Below are positions 35,978 to 45,186 of a DNA stretch of 64,000 nt, piece by piece. Each line of letters opens with the position of its first letter. Within the stretch, counting starts at the first letter, position 1. Origin of the DNA: a virus. Taxonomy: Duplodnaviria; Caudoviricetes. Where the stretch lies: positions 1,175 to 65,174 of IMG/VR virus record IMGVR_UViG_3300025620_000006. The stretch is one strand, 5' to 3'. The position numbers and the translations under genes are program-made. The notes beneath the pieces were generated by a model. The model did no database searches. It saw only the letters and a program-made list of their open reading frames with translations, and was not told the DNA's origin.

Positions 35978-36719
35978 CGTACAAAACTATATAAGGTATA
36001 AAGAAGATTTAAAATCTTCTATGCCTCCAGATAAGTTTTATGATTACTACTCACGAGATGAACTAATAGTAAAGTTTATGCCATTAGTAGAAAATTTAGC
36101 ACGTAAGTTTTCAACTACTCAGCAAGCATCAGGCGTATTAACCATAATGGATTTAATACAATGTGGCGGTGAAGGTTTGACAAGAGGTGTAGATAAACTA
36201 GACTGGCTTATGTTAGAAGATTCAGAAGACATAGAAAAAACATTAAAATCATTTTTCAGCAAGCGCATAAAGGGAGCAATAAGAAGAAGAATTGATATGG
36301 CTAGAGGTGATATACGTATACCAGAGCATAAACTGAATGAAATACGTAAAAATCCAAAAGATAAAGTAGCGGTGGCTATGTTTTTTAATAGTACGTTTTT
36401 ATCTATAGATAACCAACCTGTCAATGAACATGGTGAAAATATGATGTATCAACTACCAGATAAGTCTGAACCTTATAATATACAATTATTAAATTTATAC
36501 TTAAAAAGCTTAATGCAAAAACATTTAACACCAATTGAGTATGAGGTTTTAAGGCTTTCGTATGGATTAGACTGTGATAAGCATTCTGGTAACTACATAG
36601 CGGATAAACTTAATATTAAAGGCGCAAGTGCTTACGTGCGTGTTTCTGAATTAAAAAGACAAGCAGTACAAAAATTAATAGACAATGTTGATCACTCGCA
36701 AGTGCTTGACTATCTTTAA
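35964..36719 (+). CDS. Sigma70-family RNA polymerase sigma factor
   Basis: Region 2 (LVENLARKF...DLIQCGGEGL...RIKGAIRR...IRIPEH) and region 4 (LTPIEYEVLRLSYGLD...IADKLNI...RVSELKRQAVQKL). Confidence 0.85.
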   Translation: MKKYNVQNYIRYKEDLKSSMPPDKFYDYYSRDELIVKFMPLVENLARKFSTTQQASGVLTIMDLIQCGGEGLTRGVDKLDWLMLEDSEDIEKTLKSFFSKRIKGAIRRRIDMARGDIRIPEHKLNEIRKNPKDKVAVAMFFNSTFLSIDNQPVNEHGENMMYQLPDKSEPYNIQLLNLYLKSLMQKHLTPIEYEVLRLSYGLDCDKHSGNYIADKLNIKGASAYVRVSELKRQAVQKLIDNVDHSQVLDYL

Positions 36720-36728
36720 GTTACGTAT

Positions 36729-36757
36729 GTAAATACCAAACAAAACATGTAATTATA
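36729..36757 (+). promoter_or_regulatory. Class-2 promoter upstream of the replication/recombination operon
   Basis: GTAA ataccaaacaaaacat GTAATTATA. Confidence 0.6.
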
Positions 36758-36783
36758 ATAATAAGCAATTTAAAAACGAACGA

Positions 36784-37332
36784 ATGAATATAAACGAAAA
36801 ATTAGCTACAATCCAAACAAAGTTTAAATCGAAAAAAAGTAGATTTAACTCCTTCGGCAAATACAACTTCAGATCAGCCGAAGACATCCTAGAAGCAACA
36901 AAACCCTTTTTATTAGAATTAGGAGTATCAGTCACAATCAACGAAAAGCTTGATGAAGTAGTAGGTTTACCTATCATGACATCAACAGCTACTATAACAG
37001 ATGGTAAAGATTTTATGGAAGCTACAGCTATAGTTGGTGTAGACTTAAATCAAAAAGGTATGAATACACCTCAGCAATTTGGCTCAGCATCTTCGTATGC
37101 TAAAAAATATGCGTTAGGTAATTTATTCTTAATTGATGATACCGCAGATAGTGATGCAACAAATGATCACGGCAAAAAGAAATTTACGCCACAAAAACCA
37201 ACTTTAACCTCTAAAAAAGATCCAGCTTACGAAAAAGCGGTTCAATATGTAGCAGCAGGTGGTAAAGTATCAGCTATAAAAGCTAAATATGCTCTATCTC
37301 AAGAAATAGAAGGAGCATTAACAACACTATAA
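36784..37332 (+). CDS. ERF-family ssDNA annealing protein
   Basis: FGKYNFRSAEDILEA and QQFGSASSYAKKYALGNLFLIDD motifs. Confidence 0.85.
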   Translation: MNINEKLATIQTKFKSKKSRFNSFGKYNFRSAEDILEATKPFLLELGVSVTINEKLDEVVGLPIMTSTATITDGKDFMEATAIVGVDLNQKGMNTPQQFGSASSYAKKYALGNLFLIDDTADSDATNDHGKKKFTPQKPTLTSKKDPAYEKAVQYVAAGGKVSAIKAKYALSQEIEGALTTL

Positions 37333-37333
37333 T

Positions 37334-38065
37334 ATGAATAAAGAAAAAGTAATTGAAAAGCTACGTGATGATGAGCATTACTACGGTGCCTTTGGTAAAA
37401 AGTATCTTAGTAACTCAGACATCAGTACTTTGCTTACAAATCCTTTAGCACTAGGTAAAGCCTCTGAGGCTAGACCAGCGTTTTTAGTTGGTGGTTATTT
37501 CCACACAGCTATTCTAGAACCTGACAAACTTAAAAAGTTTAAGATTATAGAAGCAACAACTAGAAATACAAAAGTGTATAAAGAGATGTCAGGAGGTGAG
37601 CTATGTCTACTGCAACACGAGGTTGATAATATAGAAAAACTAACAGATAAGATGTTAACTAATAAAATATGTTATGATCTTATACGTGAAGGACAATGCG
37701 AATATGAAGTGCCTGGCATTACAGAGCTTGAAGGTCACAAGTGGAAAGGTAAAGCAGATATTATAAATCATTCAGAAAAGCTAGTTGTTGACTTAAAAAC
37801 GACAGCAGATCTTAATAAATTTAAATATTCAGCTTCTAAGTACAATTACGACTCGCAGGCGTATATTTATAGTAAACTATTTGGTTATGAAATGGTATTT
37901 ATTGCCATTGACAAAAATACAGGCCAAATAGGTATTTTTGACTGCTCACCAGAATTTTATGAACGTGGTAAGGACAAGGTTGAAAGAGCAGTGCAGGCTT
38001 ATGAATTATTTTATAAGTCTGAAGGCTTTGATCCTACACAATATTTTATTAATAAAACCTTATAA
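37334..38065 (+). CDS. RecE/exonuclease VIII-like PD-(D/E)xK nuclease
   Basis: LSNSDI, GGYFHTAILEP, KGKADII..VVDLKTT, YDSQAYIY motifs. Confidence 0.8.
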   Translation: MNKEKVIEKLRDDEHYYGAFGKKYLSNSDISTLLTNPLALGKASEARPAFLVGGYFHTAILEPDKLKKFKIIEATTRNTKVYKEMSGGELCLLQHEVDNIEKLTDKMLTNKICYDLIREGQCEYEVPGITELEGHKWKGKADIINHSEKLVVDLKTTADLNKFKYSASKYNYDSQAYIYSKLFGYEMVFIAIDKNTGQIGIFDCSPEFYERGKDKVERAVQAYELFYKSEGFDPTQYFINKTL

Positions 38066-38066
38066 T

Positions 38067-38246
38067 ATGGCAAGAACCAGAAAAAACCAAACAAAAGTAT
38101 GCAGTGTAACAGGATTAGAAACTGATGTAAATAATTTTTACAGGAACCAAACACACGTAAAAGCTGTAGACAATATAAGAAGAACTACTAACGCGACAAA
38201 AGATCAGTTAGCTAGAATGTTTAATCAAATAAATCAATACGCATAA
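38067..38246 (+). CDS. Small basic hypothetical protein
   Basis: Likely start MARTRKNQ (59 aa). Confidence 0.6.
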   Translation: MARTRKNQTKVCSVTGLETDVNNFYRNQTHVKAVDNIRRTTNATKDQLARMFNQINQYA

Positions 38247-38557
38247 TGGCAAGTATAATTAAAACTAGTATTAACCTTAACAATATACCTAAAGATAAAA
38301 TAATTGAAGGTAAAAAAGGTAAATACTTACCGATAACAATAACTATTAATGATGAATTAGATCAATTTGGAAACAATGGCCCTGTGGTTGTAGCACAATC
38401 AAAAGAAGAAAGAGAGGCTAAAGTTGCCAAAGTATACTTAGGTAATGTGCAAGTTGTTTGGACTAATGGTGATAATGTATCTCCAGCTCCAAGACAAGAT
38501 CAACCTGCTCAAGCCGCGCCTGTTGCGGCTGGTGTTGAAGACGATCTGCCTTTCTAA
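38246..38557 (+). CDS. Single-stranded DNA-binding protein (Bacteroidota phage type)
   Basis: GKKGKYL...DQFGN...YLGN core and acidic EDDLPF C-terminal tip. Confidence 0.7.
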   Translation: MASIIKTSINLNNIPKDKIIEGKKGKYLPITITINDELDQFGNNGPVVVAQSKEEREAKVAKVYLGNVQVVWTNGDNVSPAPRQDQPAQAAPVAAGVEDDLPF

Positions 38558-38673
38558 TGCACTATAAAAATAATGGCGAGCTGGCGTGTCAAATGTGTCA
38601 CGCTGGCATGTCTCAAGAAGAATACGATTTTTGCGACATATGCCCTGAATGTAGAGACGAAGAACAATGGTAG
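38557..38673 (+). CDS. Zinc-finger micro-protein (38 aa)
   Basis: CQMC...CDICPEC; start overlaps the upstream stop. Confidence 0.55.
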   Translation: MHYKNNGELACQMCHAGMSQEEYDFCDICPECRDEEQW

Positions 38674-38748
38674 ATGAAAACGATTACATTAGCATAACTA
38701 CAGACGGTAATGGTAATGTAACACTAATTGAAGATTAAATTAAATTAA

Positions 38749-40473
38749 ATGCAGACAACAGAGATCAATGGATTTTTGATTGATGAATTCAATCAACATA
38801 AGCTTGAAGAGGGAAAAAAGCAGGGCGTATGCCCTCTTTGTTCTCGCGATAGAAAACCCAAGAATCAAAAGGCAAAATGCGCGTCTTATGATTGGGAACG
38901 TGGTCTCGGTACTTGTCACAACTGTAATACATCATTTCAGTTACATACTTATCAACGTAAAGGAGCTAGTGAAAAAGAATATGTAAGACCTGTTGGTCCG
39001 CCTAGTGATACTGAATATCCTGAGTTTTTAAGTGATAAAGTAATTGATTGGTTTAAAACAAGAGGTATAGGAACTCAGACCCTTTATGATTTAGAAATCA
39101 GCGAGGGTGCTGAGTATATGCCGCAAACCGGTAAGTCCGAGAATACAATAAAGTTTAATTATTTCATGGGTGATCAACTAATCAACGTTAAGTATCGCGA
39201 TGGAAGAAAAAACTTTAAACTATATAAGGGTGCTGAAAAAGTATTCTACAATATAAACAGCATAGTAGGTTATGAGTATTGTATTATAACTGAAGGCGAA
39301 ATGGACGTGTTGGCTTTTCATGAAGCAGGTGTACCAAATGTTATATCTGTACCTAATGGCGCAACACTAAACAATAACAATTTAGATTATCTTGATAACT
39401 GTATTGATTACTTTGAAGACAAGGAAAAAATCATACTAGCAGTTGATTCAGATGAAGCAGGGCAAGCATTACAATCAGAATTAGTCCGTAGACTTGGAGC
39501 TGAAGTTTGTTATCTAGCAACGTTTGATGACTGTAAAGATGCTAATGAATACTTACAAAAACATGGCAAGGAAAAACTGGTACAGCGTATTACCTCCGCG
39601 AGACCCGTACCACTCGAAAATGTTACAACATTCAAAGATATTGAAGATGAGGTTACTGACTTTGTCCGTAATGGCTTTAAGAAAGGATATCAAGTTGGTT
39701 TATCCAATTTTGATGACATATTTTCTACTTATACCGGTCAATTTATTACTGTCACTGGTATACCTAGTAGCGGTAAATCAGACTTCGTTGATCAAATGGT
39801 TGTCGGATATAATCGTAACTACGGTTGGAAAACGGCTTTTGCGTCGCCAGAGAATGCGCCGACGTATCTACATGCTCACAAGTTAATGCGTAAAACCTGG
39901 GAAGGCATGCCAACATCTGCTGATATACATGGAGACAAATGGAATCAAATAGCAGATCATTGCAATACTAATTATTTCCACATTGATATGGAAAGATACA
40001 CGTTGGAATCTGTGTTGCGAAAAGGAGCTGAACTTGTTAAACGCAAAGGTATTAAATGTTTAGTTATAGATCCTTTTAATAAAGTAAGAGACATTGATTG
40101 TAAAACAGAAGATGTTAATCGTTATACAATGGAATACTTAACTAAAATAGAAGTATTTGCCAAAAAGTTTGATGTATTAGTATTTATAGTAGCACATCCA
40201 ACTAAAATGTATAAAGATAAAGACGGTAAGATGGAAGAACCAACAATGTACAATATTAAAGGTGGTGGTGAATGGTACGATGCTAGTTATCACGGTATAT
40301 TAGTTCACAGAGATTACGAAGCAAAAACGGTTAAAGCTAAAGTACTAAAAGTTAAGTTTCAAAACCTTGGTGAAAACGGTGCTGAAGCACATTTTAAATG
40401 GGAACATAAATCAGGTTGTTTTATACCTCACGAACCAATAGGTATTAACAACGAGCCAATGCCATGGGAATAG
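38749..40473 (+). CDS. Primase-helicase (T7 gp4/Twinkle-like)
   Basis: Zn finger CPLC..CHNC, TOPRIM EGEMD and DSDEAG, Walker A GIPSSGKS, LVIDP, VAHP. Confidence 0.9.
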   Translation: MQTTEINGFLIDEFNQHKLEEGKKQGVCPLCSRDRKPKNQKAKCASYDWERGLGTCHNCNTSFQLHTYQRKGASEKEYVRPVGPPSDTEYPEFLSDKVIDWFKTRGIGTQTLYDLEISEGAEYMPQTGKSENTIKFNYFMGDQLINVKYRDGRKNFKLYKGAEKVFYNINSIVGYEYCIITEGEMDVLAFHEAGVPNVISVPNGATLNNNNLDYLDNCIDYFEDKEKIILAVDSDEAGQALQSELVRRLGAEVCYLATFDDCKDANEYLQKHGKEKLVQRITSARPVPLENVTTFKDIEDEVTDFVRNGFKKGYQVGLSNFDDIFSTYTGQFITVTGIPSSGKSDFVDQMVVGYNRNYGWKTAFASPENAPTYLHAHKLMRKTWEGMPTSADIHGDKWNQIADHCNTNYFHIDMERYTLESVLRKGAELVKRKGIKCLVIDPFNKVRDIDCKTEDVNRYTMEYLTKIEVFAKKFDVLVFIVAHPTKMYKDKDGKMEEPTMYNIKGGGEWYDASYHGILVHRDYEAKTVKAKVLKVKFQNLGENGAEAHFKWEHKSGCFIPHEPIGINNEPMPWE

Positions 40474-40728
40474 ATGCCAGCGAAAAAACAAAAGAACACG
40501 ATGGGTCAATATACGCAGTCCTCGGAGGACATGAAGGCGTATATTTGGTGTATAAGGAACAAGATATTTATATCCCCATTCGCGACTGGGAACGGGAGCT
40601 GGTATATAGAGATCAACAATGGTGGCAAGGTAAATAGATCACCAGAATCATATGGTCCAACAACCATATGGATTAAATTATATGAATTTTATAAATACTA
40701 CTATAATAAATATGCTAAACAGTTATAA
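40474..40728 (+). CDS. Hypothetical protein
   Basis: 84-aa ORF. Confidence 0.65.
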   Translation: MPAKKQKNTMGQYTQSSEDMKAYIWCIRNKIFISPFATGNGSWYIEINNGGKVNRSPESYGPTTIWIKLYEFYKYYYNKYAKQL

Positions 40729-41353
40729 AAACGCAAATGAAGCTTATAAAGACTTGTTACATTATGCCATACAAGATGGTATTGATTTTGACAACACAAA
40801 AGCTTTATTTAATTGTGGGTTTTACATACAAAACCCTTTAGATAATCATATAACCGATAAACAACGTAAATGGAGTTTAGAATATGCTGAAGCCGAGTGG
40901 CAATGGTATTTGTCTGGTGATCCTAATATAATTAAGTTAGGTCAATTGTACGGTAAAATACCTCCTATATGGGAACGCATGGCAGATAGTAACGGAAATG
41001 TTAATAGCAATTACGGTTATCAATGGCAGCGTAATAATCAAATAGATTATGTTGTTGCCAAGCTTAGAGAAAATCCAGATACTAGACACGCAGCGATTAG
41101 TATATACGACGCTAAAGAATTTGATAAATATAAGAAAGACACTCCTTGTACTTATGCGATTCAGTTTACAATCATAAACAAAAAGCTTTGTATGTCAGTC
41201 TATATGCGTTCTAATGACATCTGGTACGGTTTCTGTAATGATCAGTATCAATTTTCATCATTACAAAAAATGATTGCAGACAGACTGTCTATTGACGTCG
41301 GTTGGTATTACCATCACGCACATAATATGCACTTATATAACGATAAACTTTAA
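40712..41353 (+). CDS. Thymidylate synthase superfamily enzyme, dCMP hydroxymethylase-like
   Basis: Catalytic PC; NSNYG; MRSNDIWYGFCND with Asp at the ThyA Asn177 position; HLY. Confidence 0.75.
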   Translation: MLNSYKNANEAYKDLLHYAIQDGIDFDNTKALFNCGFYIQNPLDNHITDKQRKWSLEYAEAEWQWYLSGDPNIIKLGQLYGKIPPIWERMADSNGNVNSNYGYQWQRNNQIDYVVAKLRENPDTRHAAISIYDAKEFDKYKKDTPCTYAIQFTIINKKLCMSVYMRSNDIWYGFCNDQYQFSSLQKMIADRLSIDVGWYYHHAHNMHLYNDKL

Positions 41354-41359
41354 AAAAAT

Positions 41360-42136
41360 ATGTATTATTTATACCACATACCAGGTAAAAAGATTGGTGT
41401 TACACGTGATCTTAATAACAGGGTAACCCTTGTACAAGGATACAAGGAGAATGAGTATGAAGTTCTTGAGCAGTCAGACGATATAGATTATATATCAGAC
41501 CGCGAAATAGAGCTTCAACAGTCTTATGGCTATAAGAAAGATAGAAAACTATATAAACAATTATTTAATAAAATGAAGATAAACGCAACAGAACAAACCT
41601 CAACATTCCCTGTTCCTGTCAATAAATTAAAAGGCAGATTACAGGACAACATTGGTTTAACGTGGAAAACAGAGTTCGGCCAGTTTGAAATAACAAAAGA
41701 GAACATCAAGTGGATCATGCAAAACGTAAAAACATCTATGTTTAATGCAGATAGATGTTATATTTATAATAAAGCTTTTTACGAAGCTTATTTTAATACT
41801 AAACATAATCCTAATAAATGTATATCTAATGATCTAGACTGTGAAAGATTCGATCTTATTAGAAACTGGGCATTAGTCAGAGGTATATATGATGGAGGTA
41901 ACTCACATACACAATACGTAAAACTAATGGAAGAAGCTGGTGAATTAGCTAAAGCTTTATTACAAAATGATAAAGAGGAAATACAAGATGCTGTAGGTGA
42001 TATGGTTGTTGTATTAACTAATTTAGCTGAATTGGAAGGTATGTCTATTGAAGACTGCATTGATTCTGCTTACACTGAGATATCAGCAAGAACTGGTAAA
42101 ATGATTAACGGAACATTTGTAAAAGATGCAGATTAA
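41360..42136 (+). CDS. MazG-like NTP pyrophosphohydrolase with GIY-YIG-like N-terminal domain
   Basis: C-terminal KLMEEAGEL...DAVGD; N-terminal YYLY...KIGVT...RV. Confidence 0.7.
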   Translation: MYYLYHIPGKKIGVTRDLNNRVTLVQGYKENEYEVLEQSDDIDYISDREIELQQSYGYKKDRKLYKQLFNKMKINATEQTSTFPVPVNKLKGRLQDNIGLTWKTEFGQFEITKENIKWIMQNVKTSMFNADRCYIYNKAFYEAYFNTKHNPNKCISNDLDCERFDLIRNWALVRGIYDGGNSHTQYVKLMEEAGELAKALLQNDKEEIQDAVGDMVVVLTNLAELEGMSIEDCIDSAYTEISARTGKMINGTFVKDAD

Positions 42137-42422
42137 AACTAAAGATAAGATAGTACAAAACGTACTAAGGAAGATGGACGAACGTAGCTTAATAGGTCAA
42201 AAGAAATATGGCGCTACAATGATGCAAGAAATTGAAGGTCAGAAAAAAGATCTAGGTAGATTTATTGTTGATGTACAAGAAGAATTAATGGATGCAATAT
42301 TATATCTTGAATCAGCTAGACATTGCCTACGCGATGAAATTGAAGAGGCTTTATTGCATCATCATAAAGTAGACAATGAAGGTATTAATAATATAGATAT
42401 TTATGATGAAACGATCTTTTAA
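42126..42422 (+). CDS. MazG-like all-alpha pyrophosphatase-type protein
   Basis: GQKKYG...QEELMDAILYL motif. Confidence 0.5.
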   Translation: MQIKTKDKIVQNVLRKMDERSLIGQKKYGATMMQEIEGQKKDLGRFIVDVQEELMDAILYLESARHCLRDEIEEALLHHHKVDNEGINNIDIYDETIF

Positions 42423-42855
42423 ACGTAAAAAAGGTCCTGTACAGTCTAGAAAAATATTATATGATGGCATAACTTTTGCATCAGGTTTAGAACGTTATAT
42501 GTATATGGCTTTAAAAAAAGCTAAAATCAAAGCTCTGTATGAAGGAGAAACATTTGAACTTCAAGAAGCATTTGATTTTCCATTTGAATCGTTTGAGCGT
42601 TGTGGAAATGGTAAAGGGGATTATAAAAATAGAGGAAATAAAAAAATCCTTAATATTAAATATACTCCTGATTTTGTAGGTAAAGGTTTTATAATAGAAA
42701 CTAAAGGCCGCGCGAATGAATCATTTCCACTTAGATGGAAAATGTTTAAAAAGCTAATGTCAGAAAGTAAAATAGGTCCTTTTACATTATACAAACCACA
42801 AAATCAAAAAGAATGCGACGAAACAATAAGGTTAATCCTAACCTCGCGAAAGTAA
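42403..42855 (+). CDS. Endonuclease I-like Holliday junction resolvase
   Basis: FASGLE, YTPDF, IIETKG motifs as in T7 gp3-type PD-(D/E)xK nucleases. Confidence 0.75.
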   Translation: MMKRSFKRKKGPVQSRKILYDGITFASGLERYMYMALKKAKIKALYEGETFELQEAFDFPFESFERCGNGKGDYKNRGNKKILNIKYTPDFVGKGFIIETKGRANESFPLRWKMFKKLMSESKIGPFTLYKPQNQKECDETIRLILTSRK

Positions 42856-43125
42856 TTGCAAGACAGAAATACGCTGAACGTAAAATAGATACGTGGTGGA
42901 AATGGAGTTTTGAAAACAGGAATAAAGTTATCTACAAAGAGCTTGTAGAGATGCAAAATAAACATGGAATAAAGTGCTATGGATAAAGAAATAAAAAATT
43001 GGAGTTTATCATTTGGGTTTTACCCAGGTATATTATTTGGAATAAGATCTTATAATGAAGAGAAACAAGATACACACGTTATGTATATACCGTTTATTGA
43101 TATAGCTTTAGAAATATATAAGTAA
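42813..43125 (+). CDS. Two small ORFs (42813-42986, 42979-43125)
   Basis: 57 aa and 48 aa; fill the gap before nrdB with overlapping start/stop. Confidence 0.55.
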
Positions 43126-44093
43126 TGGGATTATTTGATGAGCGCATAGCGTACAAACCGTTTGATTATCCTGAGTATTATACTGAAGGTTGGTTGAAAC
43201 AAGCACAGGCTTTTTGGTTACATACAGAAATCTCAATGCAAAGTGATATAAAAGATTGGAATGAAAGACTTAACGAAAAAGAAAAAAACCTTGTTGGGAA
43301 CATACTTCTTGGATTCGCGCAGACCGAATGCGCTGTTTCAGACTATTGGACCCAGAAGGTCGTATCGTGGTTTCCTAAACACGAAATAAGGCAAATGGCT
43401 ATGATGTTTGGGTCACAGGAAACTGTGCACGCGGTAGCATATAGTTATTTAAATGAAACTTTAAAACTAGAAGACTATGAAGCGTTTCTTCACGAGCCAG
43501 CAACGGCTGAAAGATTTGATAATCTGGTTGCTTACAACGGTAGTGATACTACTGGTATTGCGAAAAGCTTGGCTGTATTTTCAGCCTTCGCTGAAGGAGT
43601 TAGTTTGTATAGTGCTTTTGCAGTGCTTTATAGTTTTCAGCTTCGAAATTTACTTAAGGGTATCGGGCAGCAAATGAAATGGTCTGTCCGTGATGAAAGC
43701 CTGCATAGTAAGATGGGTTGTCAACTATTTAAGCACATGTGTCAAGAAGACGATAAGCTATTAGAAGCCTGTAGGTCAGATGTAATTACAGCTGCAGAAG
43801 CTATGGTAGCTTTAGAAGAAAAGTATATAGATAAAATGTTTGAGATGGGTGATATTGAAGGCATTAAAGCTTATGACTTAAAACAATTTATAAGAAAAAG
43901 AACAAATGAAAAACTTATTGAACTGGGCTATATCGATCTTGGATCGTATTTCTCATATGACAAGAAAGCAGCAACTAATCTTGATTGGTTCTATCATCTT
44001 ACCGGCGGGGTCACTCATACTGATTTTTTCGCGATCAGGCCGACAGACTATTCAAAAGCTGGCGAAGGTGAAGACTTCGAGGACATCTGGTAG
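43125..44093 (+). CDS. nrdB: Ribonucleotide reductase class I beta subunit
   Basis: ETVHAVAYS, EGVSLYSAF, RDESLH di-iron motifs; DFFAIRPTDY. Confidence 0.9.
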   Translation: MGLFDERIAYKPFDYPEYYTEGWLKQAQAFWLHTEISMQSDIKDWNERLNEKEKNLVGNILLGFAQTECAVSDYWTQKVVSWFPKHEIRQMAMMFGSQETVHAVAYSYLNETLKLEDYEAFLHEPATAERFDNLVAYNGSDTTGIAKSLAVFSAFAEGVSLYSAFAVLYSFQLRNLLKGIGQQMKWSVRDESLHSKMGCQLFKHMCQEDDKLLEACRSDVITAAEAMVALEEKYIDKMFEMGDIEGIKAYDLKQFIRKRTNEKLIELGYIDLGSYFSYDKKAATNLDWFYHLTGGVTHTDFFAIRPTDYSKAGEGEDFEDIW

Positions 44094-44122
44094 TTGGATA
44101 AATATAACACAAGAAGATATAG

Positions 44123-44842
44123 ATGATTTATATAGAAGATAATTTTTTAGAAAAAGAACTTTTAGACACGTTGTTGTTAGACAAAAGAGATTATCAGGAG
44201 GTAAAAACTCCTGGTAAATCTTTTTGGGTAAAAGAACCTCATAGTCTTTTAGTTGATTATATGGTAAATAAAATATCATATATAGAAAATAGACAAGTTG
44301 AAAATATACTATGCTTTTTTAGACAAGCTAAAGAAGGACAGGATAACGATTGGCGTATACACAATGATACAATAATAGAAGGTCAGCAGCCTGAAAAAGC
44401 TATAGTTTTATATTTGTCTGAAAATAAAAATAAAGAATTAAATGGTACAGCGTTTTGGTCTCATAAAGATCTTGGAGATACATACCCAGGAGGTTCAACA
44501 GATGACTTTAATAAGCTTTTAACATCTGATGCAAATGATACATCAAAATGGGATTTAAAGTCTGTTATAGGTCATAAACAAAATAGACTAATATCTTATC
44601 CTTGTAATTATTTTCATAGCAAATATCCTAATGAATTTAAAGAAAGCAGAGAGGTGTTAGTTATGTTTTATAAATTAAAAAAATTAACAGGACCTAGACA
44701 AGTGGCTTTCCATGATTTTAAAAAAGCAAAAAACCAATTTGTATTAAAAAATAAAATAGCAAGATCAAATGAAGGAATCAAAACTAATAGAAATGAAAAA
44801 CAAGATGGATGCGGTTGTAAGGGTGACACAGCATCTTCTTAA
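44123..44842 (+). CDS. 2OG-Fe(II) oxygenase-like protein
   Basis: IHND (HxD), GTAFW, NRLISYP..YFHS and a distal Arg. Confidence 0.7.
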   Translation: MIYIEDNFLEKELLDTLLLDKRDYQEVKTPGKSFWVKEPHSLLVDYMVNKISYIENRQVENILCFFRQAKEGQDNDWRIHNDTIIEGQQPEKAIVLYLSENKNKELNGTAFWSHKDLGDTYPGGSTDDFNKLLTSDANDTSKWDLKSVIGHKQNRLISYPCNYFHSKYPNEFKESREVLVMFYKLKKLTGPRQVAFHDFKKAKNQFVLKNKIARSNEGIKTNRNEKQDGCGCKGDTASS

Positions 44843-44984
44843 CGAAATAACACAAGTAAAAGACCTAGCAATAGGAACATTAGAAACAATTAAAAAAATG
44901 CCTGGATATGAAAAAGCAATCGAAGAACTTAAAAAGGATGTGGTTGAAAAACCTAGTGAAACAGAGGAAGTTAAGTCCGACTGA
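44769..44984 (+). CDS. Hypothetical coiled-coil protein
   Basis: 71-aa ORF. Confidence 0.6.
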   Translation: MKESKLIEMKNKMDAVVRVTQHLLNEITQVKDLAIGTLETIKKMPGYEKAIEELKKDVVEKPSETEEVKSD

Positions 44985-45186
44985 AAGATTAGCTAACAGA
45001 TTAGGATACATGGGGACTGCATTTATGATGACTAGTCCTCATTTACTTCCTGATGAAAGAGGTATGATCACATATATTATAGCAGGTGTTATTTCAATAC
45101 CTCAAGTATTTGTGGCTAAACAATGGAACCTAGTGTTTGTAAATTTAAACGTAGCAATTGCCTACATAATATTATATTTTTCATAA
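44938..45186 (+). CDS. Small three-helix membrane protein
   Basis: Likely start MWLKNLVK; three hydrophobic segments. Confidence 0.6.
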   Translation: MWLKNLVKQRKLSPTERLANRLGYMGTAFMMTSPHLLPDERGMITYIIAGVISIPQVFVAKQWNLVFVNLNVAIAYIILYFS

